Part shown: positions 1-12,951 of the stretch, piece after piece | Numbering within the stretch: position 1 is the stretch's first letter | How the letters are laid out: each line of letters opens with the position of its first letter | Origin: Octopus vulgaris | Lineage: Eukaryota | Length of the DNA: 64,000 nt | Assembly: GCA_951406725.2 (NCBI GenBank) | Contig: OX597825.1 | Coordinates: 48,236,001 to 48,300,000, forward strand | Direction of reading: 5' to 3' | Made by a program: the position numbers and the translations under genes | The notes under the pieces: model-generated | Databases searched by the model: none | What the model saw: only the letters and a program-made list of their open reading frames with translations | Told to the model about the DNA's origin: nothing

Positions 1-814
1 ACAAAGCAACATGCTGTTCTCAATTATTTAGTGGTGCTGTTGCTAAAAAGCATTCAGTACACCATGTATGTAGCTGGTAATAATAAATAAAATTGAGTAG
101 TGACAATCTAGGATATGAGAGGGCCCTTTACTCTTGAAAACAGCAAGACAGCCTCTACAGTGATGGGCACTTTCTTTAATGGTTAGTGTTAGAAAGGGTA
201 GAAATCGTGTCAAAACTGAGACACTGGAGCAAAACGTCCTCTAAACTGTTGGATCCTATTGAAATGTTCAATGGACATTATAACTGGTTACTCTGTGCTT
301 TTAGGTATGTGCATTATAAAGAGAATCTTTACTTCAAGACAAGTATGAGTTGGCAACAGAAAAAAGCATCTGGCAATAAAGTCCAGTTTCAAATAACTCC
401 AGTCTGAACAATTCTAATCTAGAAAAACAAATGTTAAATCCACAATATATGTGTGTAAATGTGTGTGTGTGTATGTATATATATATATGTATGTGTGTGT
501 ATGTGCATATTTATATTCATATATATATATTTATACTTGAATATATATATCATTTAACGTCTACTTTCCATGCTGGCATGGGTTATATATATATATATCT
601 ATATATATGACCATATAGTAAGAAGCATGCTTCCTAACTGCATGGTTCTGGCTTCAGTCTCACTGCATGGCACCTTGGGCAAGAGTCTTCTTCTATAGAC
701 TCAGGCTGCCCAAAGCTTTGCGAGTGGATTTGGTAAGCAGAAACTGAAAGAAACTCGTCATATATACATATACATGAGTGTGTGTGTATATATATGTGTG
801 TGTGTGTGTATATA

Positions 815-898
<84 letters not shown>

Positions 899-1038
899 TG
901 TGTATATATATATTCATTTTGTATATATGTGTGTCTATTTTGTATATCTGTGTGTGTGTATATATATATATGTATATATATATTTCTAATTTGGATATAT
1001 ACATATGTATTTGTGTATATATTTATATATATATATGC

Positions 1039-1111
<73 letters not shown>

Positions 1112-1269
1112 TTTATTTATATATGTGTGTGTTGTGTGTGTACATTACTGTTACAGAACAGATGGTGGAGGTCTCTCTGGTAAGAATATAATTAGAAATG
1201 TCTCAATGCTTAGATGTAAGTTGCTTTGCAGATATCTTTTTATTGAGAGAAAATGTTGCTCACAACTAA

Positions 1270-1665
1270 CTTAAACTCAGTGCATAATTGGAGATGGCCA
1301 TTGATGTTCATCTTGCCCTTTTGCCCATACTATAATGTCCTAAAGCACTCCAGGTGTTGTGATCACATTTGCATTGAAATCTCCAAGGAGCAACGCTTTA
1401 TGTGCTCATGGAACAGATGTTCCACACTCTTACAAATTGTGTGTAAAACATCATGTGATTGGTTTCTGAGTGCTATCTCTAGTAGGACCATGTACTGAAA
1501 TGTCAGTCATGAATCATCCCTATGATAGAGGACTCCTCAGGTGCATAATTTACAGGGAACTGACCAGAGGGAAAAGGTAAGATCACAAACCAAGAAGTGA
1601 TTTAAAGATGTTACAAAAGACAATTTTAAAAGCTTTTATGTTAGATATGGATAACATTGGGAAAG
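1270..1665 (+). mobile_element. Degenerate RTE-clade LINE 3' fragment
   Basis: 1535-1640 translates with stops and shifts to LRCIIYRELTRGKR*DHKPR..FKDVTKDN, resembling the RTE ORF C-terminal motif (PKxxLYGELxxGKRxxGRPKKRFKD). Boundaries are approximate. Confidence 0.55.
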
Positions 1666-1667
1666 GT

Positions 1668-1796
1668 TGTGGAAGTCTTACTTAAAGATCTTCTTCAAGA
1701 CCTGTGAATGCAATGTTGCATGCTGCCTAGACTTGGTTTGATGTGAAATAATCATGCAAAGGGCTGCGGAAGTCCTTTGCATGAACTGAAACTAAT
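1668..1796 (+). repeat. Upstream copy of the nuclear receptor stop-codon region (paralog of 3030-3163)
   Basis: tgtggaagtcttacttaaagatcttcttcaagacctgtgaatgca is identical for 45 bp to 3030-3074, and diverged similarity continues to gaactgaaactaat. Confidence 0.9.
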
Positions 1797-2547
1797 AGAT
1801 GTGATGTCTTTGAGTGAACGCTTCAATGCAGCATACTTCTCTGTGCAATCACTCCACAAGCAAGACTCAAGAGCAGTGCCTGCGGAGCTCCAGCTGGAAT
1901 TGAAGTGCAATGTGTGTGGATGATTTCTTCTCAAGAGCTGGATTAATCACACATTCACATGGGCTAGGGAGAAATCAAGCAGCTTGCATGGTGGTTTTGC
2001 TGCCACATCCTCTTTGACAACATTTGTAATGAATGTAGCTTAATTTGTGAGTCAGCTAGTGACTTAACCAGGCATAGTAAAATACATGAGATCACAACTC
2101 CACTGGTGATATCAGGAAACAGGATAGTTCAAGGGTTATATCTGTGAATGTTCTTGCTGAATGGAAGCTGGTTTGAAGAGCCACCTACATTCATGTGGAC
2201 ATGTGAAAGTATGGTGCTCTTCTGATAAGGAGTAATTGGGATGTAGTTACATGTGTGTGTGTATATAAATAGATGTATAAATATGTATCTATATTTGTGT
2301 GTGTGTGTGTGTATATATATGTGTGCATGTATGTATACTTATATCCATGTCTGTACATACACAAAAGCACATTTATATACAATGGGCTTCTTTCAGTTTC
2401 CCTCTATCAATCCACTCACAAGGCTTTGGCCTGAGGCTATAATGCAAGATACTTCCTGAAGGTGCTACGCAGTAGAGCTGAATCTGGATCCATGTGGTTG
2501 GGAAGCAAACTTCTTATCACCCAGCCATGCCTGTAGCAAAGTCTGTG

Positions 2548-2588
<41 letters not shown>

Positions 2589-2827
2589 AGGCCTTTAAAT
2601 CCATATGAAGATTACTGATGAATACAGTTCTGACATCAGTGTATATCTTTGTGAAACCAAATAGTCAGTGATTGTTTTGATTATTAGCAAACATTTTTAA
2701 AATGCTAAGTTTCTCTGATCTGTGAATTGATTGAGTGAATGGTTTTTACTGTTTCTGTGTATTGGCCATGATTCTACCACTTTTTCTTATTGTATTATTA
2801 ATATTCTATTGTTTTGTCACCTTTCAG

Positions 2828-3069
2828 GTTATGTTGGATTAGAGATGGCTTCCATTGTCGATAGCATGAACAGCTGTATTCAACAAAGACTCCAGCAACA
2901 TATCAACACCAAACATCCACGGGACCACATCAGATTTTCACGTGTTCTTATGAGTCTCCCTTCTTTGTATGGCATCAATTGTAAAATGGTAGACAATTTG
3001 TTTTGCCGTTATATTCATGGTAAAACTGATGTGGAAGTCTTACTTAAAGATCTTCTTCAAGACCTGTGA
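2828..3069 (+). CDS. Terminal exon of a nuclear hormone receptor ligand-binding domain, NR2-like (COUP-TF/TLX/PNR-related)
   Basis: Pyrimidine tract plus AG acceptor (ttttgtcacctttcag|gt). Peptide YVGLEMASIVDSMNSCIQQRLQQHINTKHPRDHIRFSRVLMSLPSLYGINCKMVDNLFCRYIHGKTDVEVLLKDLLQDL* aligns by eye to helices 9-12 of NR2F/NR2E LBDs (RF..LL..LPSL, ..LFF....G.T..E.LL.D), ending in an AF-2-like LLKDLL. No upstream exon was recognised in the window. Confidence 0.8.
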
Positions 3070-4141
3070 ATGCACTGTAGCATGCTTGCATGCTACCTAG
3101 AAGTTGGATTGATGTGAAACAACCATACAAAGGACTGCAGAAGTCAACAGAACTGAAACTAATTCCATCAAAGAAAGACATTATGAAAGCTATCAAGAGT
3201 ATACTGCTGATATTGCTGTTAGTGCCATCTATCTGGGTTGATTGTTGGCAAAGAAACAGAGAAGAAATGGAGGAAAAAGAAGCTTTCATATCATTGAGAA
3301 AGCAGAAAATCCAGTTAATTCTGGTTCTAATGCTGATTCTAAGAACTTACATTTCTTTTTTGTTAACATTGGCAGGAAAATTCCCTCTGTTACTGCAATG
3401 GTTGACATTCAGAGAAAGATGTGCAAAGCAATATGGAGAGAGGAGAGCACCATTGTGCATTTGAAGTAGCACAAGTGTGTGCTTGAGAGCTAACACAGCG
3501 CCGTGATACAGATTGTGCAGGTATTAGACAGTAAACTGTCTAAATAGAAACTAATTTATAAAAGATTGTGGAACAAATATATAAATGGACTGACTTGTGA
3601 TTCCATTGGCAAATAGAACAACTGTGGTAACAGATGGGCCAAAATGAAGCTAGAACCAAACATGGGATTATAGACTTGCAGACTCAAAAGTGACTATTAT
3701 GAATCCCATCCCTTGTTCATGTATTTCAATGTGTTGCCATATGTGCACTATAAACTGCAATTTATGTATTTTGTGTGTATATATGTATGTGTGAGTGAGT
3801 GTATGTATATATGTATGTATGATGATGATGATATATATATATATATATATAATGTGTGTGTGCGTATATGCATGTGGCTATGTAATTGTGAAAGAAAAAG
3901 CCTGTATGCAAATTTCATTGTGAAAGATCAACAAAACCAGAAGTTGAGATGGAACAATAAAACACAATGAGTGTTAAAGCATCTAAAAGACCTAAATTTT
4001 ATTTGGTAGGGTCCAAAATATAAGTCCCATACACACACAAACCTCTTTCTATGTAATTATACTGTTGAAGGGAGACACTTGGAGAATGGTTAAAATAACT
4101 TTTAATATTATTATTTATTTTTTCTATTTATAGTAGAATTT

Positions 4142-4179
<38 letters not shown>

Positions 4180-5338
4180 ATAAACACTCACGCACCAATT
4201 ATTATGAGGTCACTATATGCAAACATAGGCAGTTATAAAATTCTGTGAGGGAATTTCAATTTAAGAAATTCTCAGACTTCATGGTCTTTTATGTTACATG
4301 CACAAGTGACTGTTGTGATTTGCTGTATCTTCATATCTGAGAAACCACATCTACCTTTGGTTTTGGTTGTGACAATATCCTGTATTTTGGAGTTGTGGCC
4401 ACCACAGGAAAAGAAAAGCTACACAACCAAGCTTCATATGTAATACACTATATATATATATATATATATATGCATGTGTGTGTGTATATGTATACATATA
4501 CATACACACAGTTGTACACATACCTATATTCATATACATACATACACTTGATACTTTTTTTTTGTTTTAGAAATTTTAAGAAACTACAATTTACTGAGCA
4601 GAAACCAGAATGCCTTAACATATTTGGTTTTCAGGGATCTAAAAATGTCTTTCTTGTTTTTAAGAAAGTAGCTTCTCCAGTGTCGTTGACAGCTGGATTG
4701 CTATCAACAGCTGGTTGTATGTTTGTAAAACTACTTGCTTGTGTGGATGACACAGCATATTGTGATAAACCTGTAGTGTCACTTGGAGTGGACCAACTGC
4801 TGAACAACGGTGGCCAAACTACTAAGATGACCATATTCAACAAAGGGCAGGAAGATATGTTGAACTCTTAACAAGAATATCTTGATTATCATTTTCTTCA
4901 TTAGGGTTATTTATCATTTTTTTGTATATAATAATTGTCTTGTTTGGGTAATTGAATCATTAAACAAATTTCAGTTCCCAGTGAGAAAATGCAAAACATT
5001 TCATATAAGTTGCCAGTGCCCTTAGGAAAAGCATGATTGTCATACTCCTGTATCCCTCCCCTATAAGTCTGAGACGTCATGCCTATGTAAGAAGTGATTA
5101 TTTTATAAATATTCAGGACAGAAACCCAATGGTACATGTTTTTATTTGAATTATTTAAGTGAAATTTTTCCAAGGTGAAACATCTAGGTTGGCCTCATAG
5201 CTTTATGGGATGTGAACACTATTTACAAAGACTGATTACATGCAACTCGTGGTACCACATATGCAGGGAACGTGTACCCCAGTTTAGCCACCTCTATTCA
5301 TGGCTCCTGAAAGAACCAAAACACTTTCCAAATTGTAA

Positions 5339-5391
<53 letters not shown>

Positions 5392-5599
5392 TACACATAT
5401 GCAATGTCAATGATAAAATATATAATTAAACATTTCAACTATAATTTGTGTTTGTCTTTTTTATTCCTGTTCAGAAATTAATTTCCTGTGATTCTAATTT
5501 TCAGCTGAAGCTCGTGTGAAATAATTGAACTATGATCTTTTGGGTGTACCATGTTTAATTTACATTAATGATAAACTCCACTTAATGTAGGAAGTGGAT

Positions 5600-6700
5600 A
5601 ATATATCATTGTCAACAATCCCTCAGTGGTCACAGAAAATTATCCTTGAAATTTTGTACCCCATATGGCTATTGCTGGCCACTGTCGGTTCCAGAAATTT
5701 TACTAGAGTAAACACACTGTTGGTTGTTTCTCACAACTTACTACATCCAACGTTTATTGTTGAGAAGTTCTTGTGTTACATTCAAATGTTGGTCCTTATC
5801 ATAAACAATCTGTCTCCATTTGTGTTGGTTTCTTCACTACCAATTATCATAATGATACTAAACTTTGCTAAATATGTCTTTGAACCATTCCTTCATACTC
5901 GTTGCAAGGAGTAAATCAGTTTATTTGGGTAAATCGATGGTTGAACGTTTGCATGATATGGGCCAAACTCATTGAAGCTGACAGTTACATAGTGTCAGTA
6001 CAAGGGACACACCTCTATTCTACTTTTGGCTGCATATGATTTTCCTTAGACATCTTTAGCAATATATTTCCAGCTTATGGATATGTCACCTTGTCTAAGT
6101 TTCAGAGCTATAAAGGACAGGATACAACAGCTACTTTATATTCTATAACTTTGTCTCAAATCGCGATCTCCACAGAACTGCCTGTCTTAGTCGGGTGATC
6201 AAAGGTAGCACTGGAACGTTTCATCCAGTGTTGGACATCTTCATCAATATCTGATTGGTGATTACTGAAATACTGAAAGTACTCTATTCTACACAATCTT
6301 TCCATGTACAGATGTGCTAGTTTTTTTTTGTTTTTTTAAAACAGCTTTTGTGAGTTAAACTCATATTCTCAAATGGTTCAGGGAATATATATTGGTAAAT
6401 ATCTGTTACCATTCTGCTGTGGCATCATCTGTATTTGAAATTCAATTACTGATGTAGTCATGGACTTAGTTCTCATACTGTGTTTACTGAGGCTGACCCG
6501 CATACCATCTGTATGGTTTGAGATCTGGACGCCAACTAGCAGTTATCCCATAATGAGTTCGACCACAACTGAATGGAAAATAGATTATACAACTTTTCCG
6601 TGTTTCAGTTCTCACTTCACACTGGCTTGTCATAGAAGACTGGCACCAAACTTGTGTAGAAGCCATGTGATTACCACAAATAATGGCTAATACATTAGTG
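5600..6700 (-). mobile_element. Highly degenerate RTE-like LINE reverse transcriptase fragment
   Basis: Minus-strand CEVRTETRKSCII resembles FEVxTGVRQGCIL, and TTSVIEFQ/TDDA near 6420-6460 resembles the ELxYADD motif. Many stops; boundaries approximate. Confidence 0.45.
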
Positions 6701-6849
6701 CACTTAAAGACACTGACTAATGTATACAGGTGAGAGCAGTGTTATGGGAATGGATGCTGAGTGGAAATATGTCTGTGTACTGACAGAAGAGGGTTGTCTC
6801 TGGTACACAGGAACTAATGGCGTTAATTCTTGAGATATCGATCTCAGAG

Positions 6850-7430
6850 ACTCATAACATATAAGTTAGACTTGTCTTTGTTGGAGCTTTTCTCATCAGA
6901 AAAGAACCAAGCTATGCGATGTTCGTGAGGTTTCCAGCCTTGTTAAGTGACTGCTGACACAGATCAAACGGCTTTACAGACATGAATAGGCCTCTTTTCA
7001 ATACATACGACTTGTATCGAATGTACGCATGCACCACAGTTTTGATTGTCCGTTTCGATACCAAAAGTTCTTTGGCAATACCCTTATTGATTTTTCGCGA
7101 TCATCAACTGTAATGAATTGAGACCGTTGGATGACTTGCCGTGTCCGAATGTTTAGAATGTCTTTTTTTTTTTCTCATTGATAGTCAAAACATTACCACT
7201 TCAGGCTTGAAAGTCTATTCGTACTTTGTGTACAAATGATCTTACGACGTTTAGAAAGTTGGTACCTTCTACATCGCTGTGCTCCGCATATGTGGCGTCA
7301 GTGACTGCATATCTTTTCATCCCTTTGCTAGTATTTTATTTGTCACAGGGATCTGAAATAAACAAAAACTTTTAATTGATTTGAAATGTATAGTACATTG
7401 TTAGTTAAATGTCCTCTAATACTGCTCGTA
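6850..7430 (-). mobile_element. Tc1/mariner (DD37D/maT-like) transposon, 5' half with TIR
   Basis: Minus strand gives MKRYAVTDATYAEHSDVEGTNFLNVVRSFVHKVR...WFFSDEK. A TIR-like end TA|cgagcagtattagaggaca starts at 7430. Confidence 0.7.
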
Positions 7431-7556
7431 TCCTGTTTACATACGCGCACACACATAATTATGTAAATGAATGTGTGAGTACATCTATAACATAATATAA
7501 AGAAAATGGAGAAAAGCCATTTCTTTCTATATAAAACTATATATATATATACATGG

Positions 7557-7963
7557 TACGAGAGGTATTTAAGGACAGTTTTGGTAGACAATAAAACAAC
7601 TATATTTCAGCATAAATAAATATGTATTTGAAGAAACATTTGTGCAATTAGTCTTGATAATGATTTTTAAGTAAATTATTCTATGAAACCTCATTCTGCT
7701 TCAATACGGGACCGAAACCACTGGCATGCTGACACTATGGGATTCTTATTCATTTCGGATATCACCTGGACAATGGCGGCCTTCTGCGAAGCTATTGCAT
7801 TATGAAGTTGACGATTGGTCTCCCTTCCAACAGCGCTACACATATAGTGGTCCATGAGGTTCAAATCTGGCGAGTTTGGAGGCCACATATTGGGTGTTAC
7901 ATAATCGTAAAGATTGTCTGGCAACCATTCTTGGGTGACTAGGGCTTTGTGAGGTGCTGAGTC
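7557..7963 (-). mobile_element. Tc1/mariner (DD37D/maT-like) transposon, 3' half with TIR
   Basis: ORF 7691-7924 contains WPPNSPDLN..D and is preceded by DSAP-HKAL. The TIR TA|cgagaggtatttaaggaca at 7557 resembles the TIR at 7430. The piece is cut off at the Gypsy LTR remnant. Confidence 0.8.
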
Positions 7964-8369
7964 TTAAAATCCAAGGTTCGAAAACCGAATTTCTACAAAA
8001 ATGGAAATCCAGATTTTATGAAATCCAAATTTTTGGAATCCATCTTTTTGAAAAACCAAATTTGTGAGGCCAATTTTGGTGAAACCAAAAATTGCAAATC
8101 CAGAGTTATGGATCCAAGTTTGTGAAATCAAGTTGGTGAAGCCGGGATTCTGAGTCCGAATTTCTGAATTGTATATATATATGTTACCATTGTAAATACT
8201 TTGACTGCACGTCTGGTGTGGCATTGGTTTTTTGTTTGTATGTAGGCTGTTTTTTCCATGCTGAGAATTGTTAATATTTTCCAAAAAATTTCATGGTGTG
8301 TTGTTGTTTTGGGTTCACCCTATCCTTGTGGATTCTGTAAATCTAGGTTATGGTCACCAGGTCGTAACA
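7964..8369 (+). repeat. 5' LTR, 5'-truncated
   Basis: Matches 12466-12876 and ends in ...gtaaca directly before the PBS. Confidence 0.9.
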
Positions 8370-8372
8370 AAT

Positions 8373-8390
8373 TGGGGGCTCGTCCGGGAT
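8373..8390 (+). other. Primer-binding site complementary to the tRNA-Pro 3' end
   Basis: TGGGGGCTCGTCCGGGAT, the canonical 18-nt tRNA-Pro PBS, 3 nt after the LTR end. Confidence 0.9.
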
Positions 8391-8542
8391 TTCGAACAGT
8401 TGTACACACCAAGATTTTCTTAAAAAAAAATAATAAATAAATAAATAAATTTGTAAATTGTTAAAGCGCCTTTTATCAAATATTACCATTGTGATGTTAT
8501 ATGTAAACCTGTTTTAATGGGTGTCTTATTCTTTGGTAAACT

Positions 8543-9600
8543 ATGGTAGTCATGGAGTGCACCATAGCAGAAGCCTTACTGCAGAAAGATACAATCACTT
8601 TGAGGGAACTGCAGCAGTTAAACAAAGATGCGCTTTTAGAGATGAGTGCTAAACTTGATTTAGAGGTATCTGCAGGTAATCTTAAAAGTGTAATTTTTTC
8701 GCATGTGAAACAGGCCCTAATTGTTGAGGGTAAAATGTCTACCATCGGTGATGAGACAAACTCAGATTCAGTCGCCCCTTAATTATCATCTAGTGAAAGA
8801 ATGATGGCTTATGAACTTGAAAAGTTAAGACTGCAAATTAGTTTAGAACAGGAAAAATGTGCCGCCGGTAAAGAGAAGCAGGCGCATGAACTAAAATTAA
8901 AAGCGAATCAAATTGATTCCGAGTCTGAGGAGGCTGATGTTGCTACTCCATCTAAACACTTTAACATTGCTAGTGCTTGTAAATTCGTTCCTAGATTCCA
9001 GGATAGTGATTTGGATAATTATTTCTTAGCTTTTGAGAAAACAGCTGAGTTAATGAAATGGCCTAAAACTAAGTGGTCAATACTACTCCAAACTCAACTT
9101 ACTGGGAAAAGTTTAGAGGTCTATTCTGCTATGAGTATAGCTGATTGCAAAGATTATGACTTAGTGAAACAGAAGATATTATATTGTCATGAACAAGTAG
9201 CTGAAGTGTACCAGCAAAAGTTAAGGCAAGCTTGGAAAAATTCCTGTGACTCTTACATAGAATTCACTAGGAAAAAAGGTCATATGGGGTAAGTGGCTTA
9301 GGTCTAAAAAAGTTGATACTTTCAGCCAGTTGGAAGAGTTGATGTTGATAGAAGAGTTCCTGAATATAATTCCCCCTATGACGTGAGAGTTTTTGTAGCC
9401 GAAAAACTTGCCGATGAGTATGCATTGATTCACGGCAAGTGTCAATAAAAGAATGACAATAAAAAAACAATCTATCAAGTCAGATGGTGTTATTCAGAAA
9501 ACAGAAGCAGCAGAAGGCTCAGTCTAGTGCTTCTTCTAAACCCTGCCATTACTGTAAGACTCCTGGACGCTTAATTGCTGATTGAAGAAAATTAAAGGCT
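8543..9600 (+). pseudogene. Gypsy gag (Gmr1/SCAN-related capsid region) with a degenerate zinc knuckle
   Basis: FVPRFQDSDLDNYFLAFEKTAELMKWPKTKWSILLQTQLTGK...DYDLVKQKIL; CHYCKTPGRLIAD* knuckle remnant near 9545. Confidence 0.8.
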
Positions 9601-9859
9601 AAGGAGACAGCTCAAGCAGGTCAGTCAGATTGAGCTGTTCCTGAAGCAGCTTTTAAGTGTTGTGATTTGTCAAATGTTGTAGGTTCTGTAGAGGTAGCTG
9701 TGCCATTAGGTTTTAAGTGTATTTCGGACACAGGGGTTTTGTCTAAGATCAAGTTGGACCCAGATGTGGGTGTTTCTGATGCAGATTTAGTTATGACTTC
9801 AGTTGTGGATAATTCTAGTGTTGATGCTACTTCTGACAGTTCGTCTACCCCTAAGTCTG

Positions 9860-11980
9860 TTACAGTTTTTTGAGATGCTAGTGCAGAACAAACTCTCTTG
9901 AAGCATGATGCTATACCTATTAGCATGCTGACATCTTTGGGAAAGGAAGTACTAATTAAAGGTATTACTGCAGAATGTGATTCCATTCCTTTGTATCGAG
10001 TTCACTTAGATTGTAAATATGTAATAGGTCCAGTTGCTGTTGGATTAGTTACTACCTTACCTATTGATGGAGTGGACCTTTTGTTAGGCAATGATATTGT
10101 AGGTAATAAAGTTTATGCAGTTCCCATTGTGCTGTCTAAACCTGAGACTGATCATGAGACAGAGAAGTTAGAGACATTGTATCCAGGCATATTTCCTGAA
10201 TGTGCAATGACAAGGTCCCAGACCAAGGCTATGAATAGGGAGGCTAGTATTAGTCCCAGTACGGAGGAATCTAATATTAGTTCAGTTAATGATGGTAACA
10301 TAGCTTTGTCTAATACTTTCCTTGTTGATCTGAATTCTGGTGGTGAGGAGCCTACTTATCCTAATGAAGCTGAATTCAAAGCAGACAAGAAAACTTTAAT
10401 CCTTAAGCAGAAAGAGTATTGCAGTTTAAGTAAGCTTTATACTAGAGCTTTCTCAGAGAAATTGCCAATATGTTTTTATCTTCATGATGGTGTTTTAATG
10501 AGGAAGTGGAGGCCATGTGATGTCCCAGTATCTGATCATTGGCAAGTTAGTGAGCAAAATGTAGTCCCAAAGGAGTATAGACTTGATATTATGAATCTGG
10601 CACATGATATTCCATTGACTGGTCACTTAGGTGTTTAAAAAAAAACAAGTATAGAAGTTTACAGTACTTTTATTGGCCAAGTTTATCTTACGATGTTGCT
10701 AGTTGTTGTTGAACTTGTAAAACATGTCAGTTGGTGGGTAAACAAAATGCAACCATCGACAAGGCACCCTTATAGCCCAATCCGACTGTAAAAAACCCTT
10801 TTCCAGGATTATTATCATTGATGTGGCTGGTCCATTGCCCAGAACAAAGGCAGGATATCGCTACTTATTAACTGTATTGGATCAGGCGACTAGGTATCCA
10901 GAGGCAATTCCATTGAAAGAAGTTTCTGCAACTACTGTAGCTGATGCTATGGTTTTTCACCCAGTTTGGTTTTCCAAAGGAAATTCAGGGATCCAATTTC
11001 ATGTCAAGTGTGTTCCAGATATTGATGTATAAATTAGGGATCAAACAGCTTCGTTCTACAGAGTACCACCCACAAGCACAGGGAGCCTCAGAACATTACC
11101 ACCAAGTATTGAAGAATATGTTGTGGACTTATTGTCTGGAACATGAGGAGGATTGAGACCATGGTGTCCCTCTAGTATTGTTTGTAGCTAGGGAAGTTCC
11201 CGTGGAAACTTTAGGGGGTCTCTAGTTTTGATATGATCTATGCCCATAGCGTGCGAGGACCCTTAACAAGTACTAAAAGATAGTTGGTTGAATAGTGATA
11301 ACATTGCACCTAAGTTTAATCTGATTGACTATATTTCTGAGTTTAAGGAGAGATTGCGTTCTGCAATAACACTGCGCATGTCAACTTAGAGTCTAGTCAG
11401 CAACAAATGAAGCAGAGATATGATGGTAAATCCCAAAAGCGTAGTTTTCCTCTTGATAGTAAGGTGTTAGCTCTACTTCCTGTACTAGGTAGTTCCTTGA
11501 AGGCTAGATTTTCTGGACCTTACAAAGTTGTTAAGCAACTTAACAATTTGGATTATGTGATTGAAACTCCGGATCGTAGAAAGAAGCAACAAGTTTGTCA
11601 TGTCAATATGTTAAAGCCATTCTATGAAAGAGATGTTGAATCCAAATCCTTTAATGGTGTTATGCCGGTCAAGGACAAATTAGTTGATGAGAAAAATCAG
11701 GAAGAATTCTATGAAGTTTAATTCTTGTCAAAAGAATTACTCTACCATCGAGAAAGAGTGTTTAGTTCTTGTGTGGGCAGTTCAGCACTTTCAAATTTAT
11801 ATAGGTTCAAATCCCACCACTGTCTACACAGATCCCAATCCTTTAGTTTTCATTAATAAGGTGAAAGGCACTAATCAGAGGATTCTGAGGTGGAGCTTGT
11901 ATCTGCAACAGTTTAGTTTGAATATTTGTCATATTGCAGGAAATGCTAATTTACTTACAGATGCATTATCCAGAAGTTAG
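9860..11980 (+). pseudogene. Gypsy pol remnant: protease, integrase (HHCC, DDE, GPY/F) and RNase H tail; RT absent
   Basis: LPIDGVDLLLGND (protease end), AHDIPLTGHLG, GPLPRTKAGYRYLLTVLDQATRYPEAIPL, STEYHPQAQG, FSGPYKVVK..VCHVNMLKPF, then YSTIEKECL..TD..LRWSLYLQ..ALSR. Confidence 0.85.
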
Positions 11981-12085
11981 CACTTACCATGTACATATTT
12001 GACTTCTGTATTTTCTGGATGATATTGTATCTTTCTGAAAATTGTTTATTGTGTATAAAAATTTTCCCTTTTAAGGGGAAAGGAA

Positions 12086-12876
12086 TGTTAGGAAATTATA
12101 AATTATAATATCAAGTTAATCAGGTAAACAGTTTTTCATGCTGCACTCTAAGGTCAGGATGAAGTCCATTGTCAAAATGGGGGAAGCTAGGTGTTATTAG
12201 ATAAAACTGTGAAACTATAACAAATTGGCTAGACTGTGGCAAACCTTTATAAGCAGAGAAAATTGTATCCGCCAGTTTTTGTGACAGTTTTTTTTCTGTG
12301 AGACAAAGTTGTTCCATTGGATTCTGGAAGTTATGATTGCCTGTTTAGTTTATGCACATTGTGCTTTTTGTTAGGCATTTAGGGCTTTATTTTATGCTCC
12401 AGGAATTCGCCAGAACTTTTGTCAGATTTAAAATAATTTCTGTGTCACATCTGGGTCCTAGGTTCAAAATCCGAGGTTTGAAAACCGAATTTCTACTAAA
12501 ATGGAAATCCAGATTTTATGAAATCCAATTTTTTGGAATCCATCTTTTTGAAAAACCAAATTTGTGAGGCCAGGTTTTGTGTGAGGCTAATTTTGGTGAA
12601 ACCAAAAATTGTGAATCCAGAGTTACGGATACAAGTTTGGGAAATCAAGTTGGTGAAGCTGGGATTCTGACCTGTATATATATATATATGTTACCTTTGT
12701 AAATATTTTGACTGCCTGTCTGGTGTGGCATTGGTTTTTTGTTTGTGTATATATCTGTTTTTTCCATGCTGAGAATTGTTAATAATATTTTACATTAATT
12801 TCATGGTGCATTGTTTTGGATTCACCATATCCCCGTTGATTCTGTAAATCAGGGTTATGGCCACCAGATCGTAACA
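12086..12876 (+). repeat. 3' LTR, full length (~790 bp)
   Basis: Begins TGTTA after the PPT and ends TAACA (inverted termini). Confidence 0.9.
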
Positions 12877-12881
12877 ATATA

Positions 12882-12949
<68 letters not shown>

Positions 12950-12951
<2 letters not shown>

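Larger units (their letters stand above)
7964..12876 (+). mobile_element. Gypsy LTR retrotransposon, Gmr1-type domain order (gag, PR, IN, [RT deleted], RNase H), degenerate
   Basis: Two LTRs, a tRNA-Pro PBS, PPT aaggggaaaggaa at 12073-12085, and gag/pol fragments with many stops and frameshifts. Confidence 0.9.

Noticed and set aside
3090-3464. 124-aa ORF after the receptor stop codon
   Set aside because: Lies in the presumed 3' UTR and has no recognisable motif.
4395-4871. 158-aa ORF with a strong-looking acceptor at 4570
   Set aside because: The first half is microsatellite and the rest resembles nothing I recognise; at most a non-coding or UTR exon.
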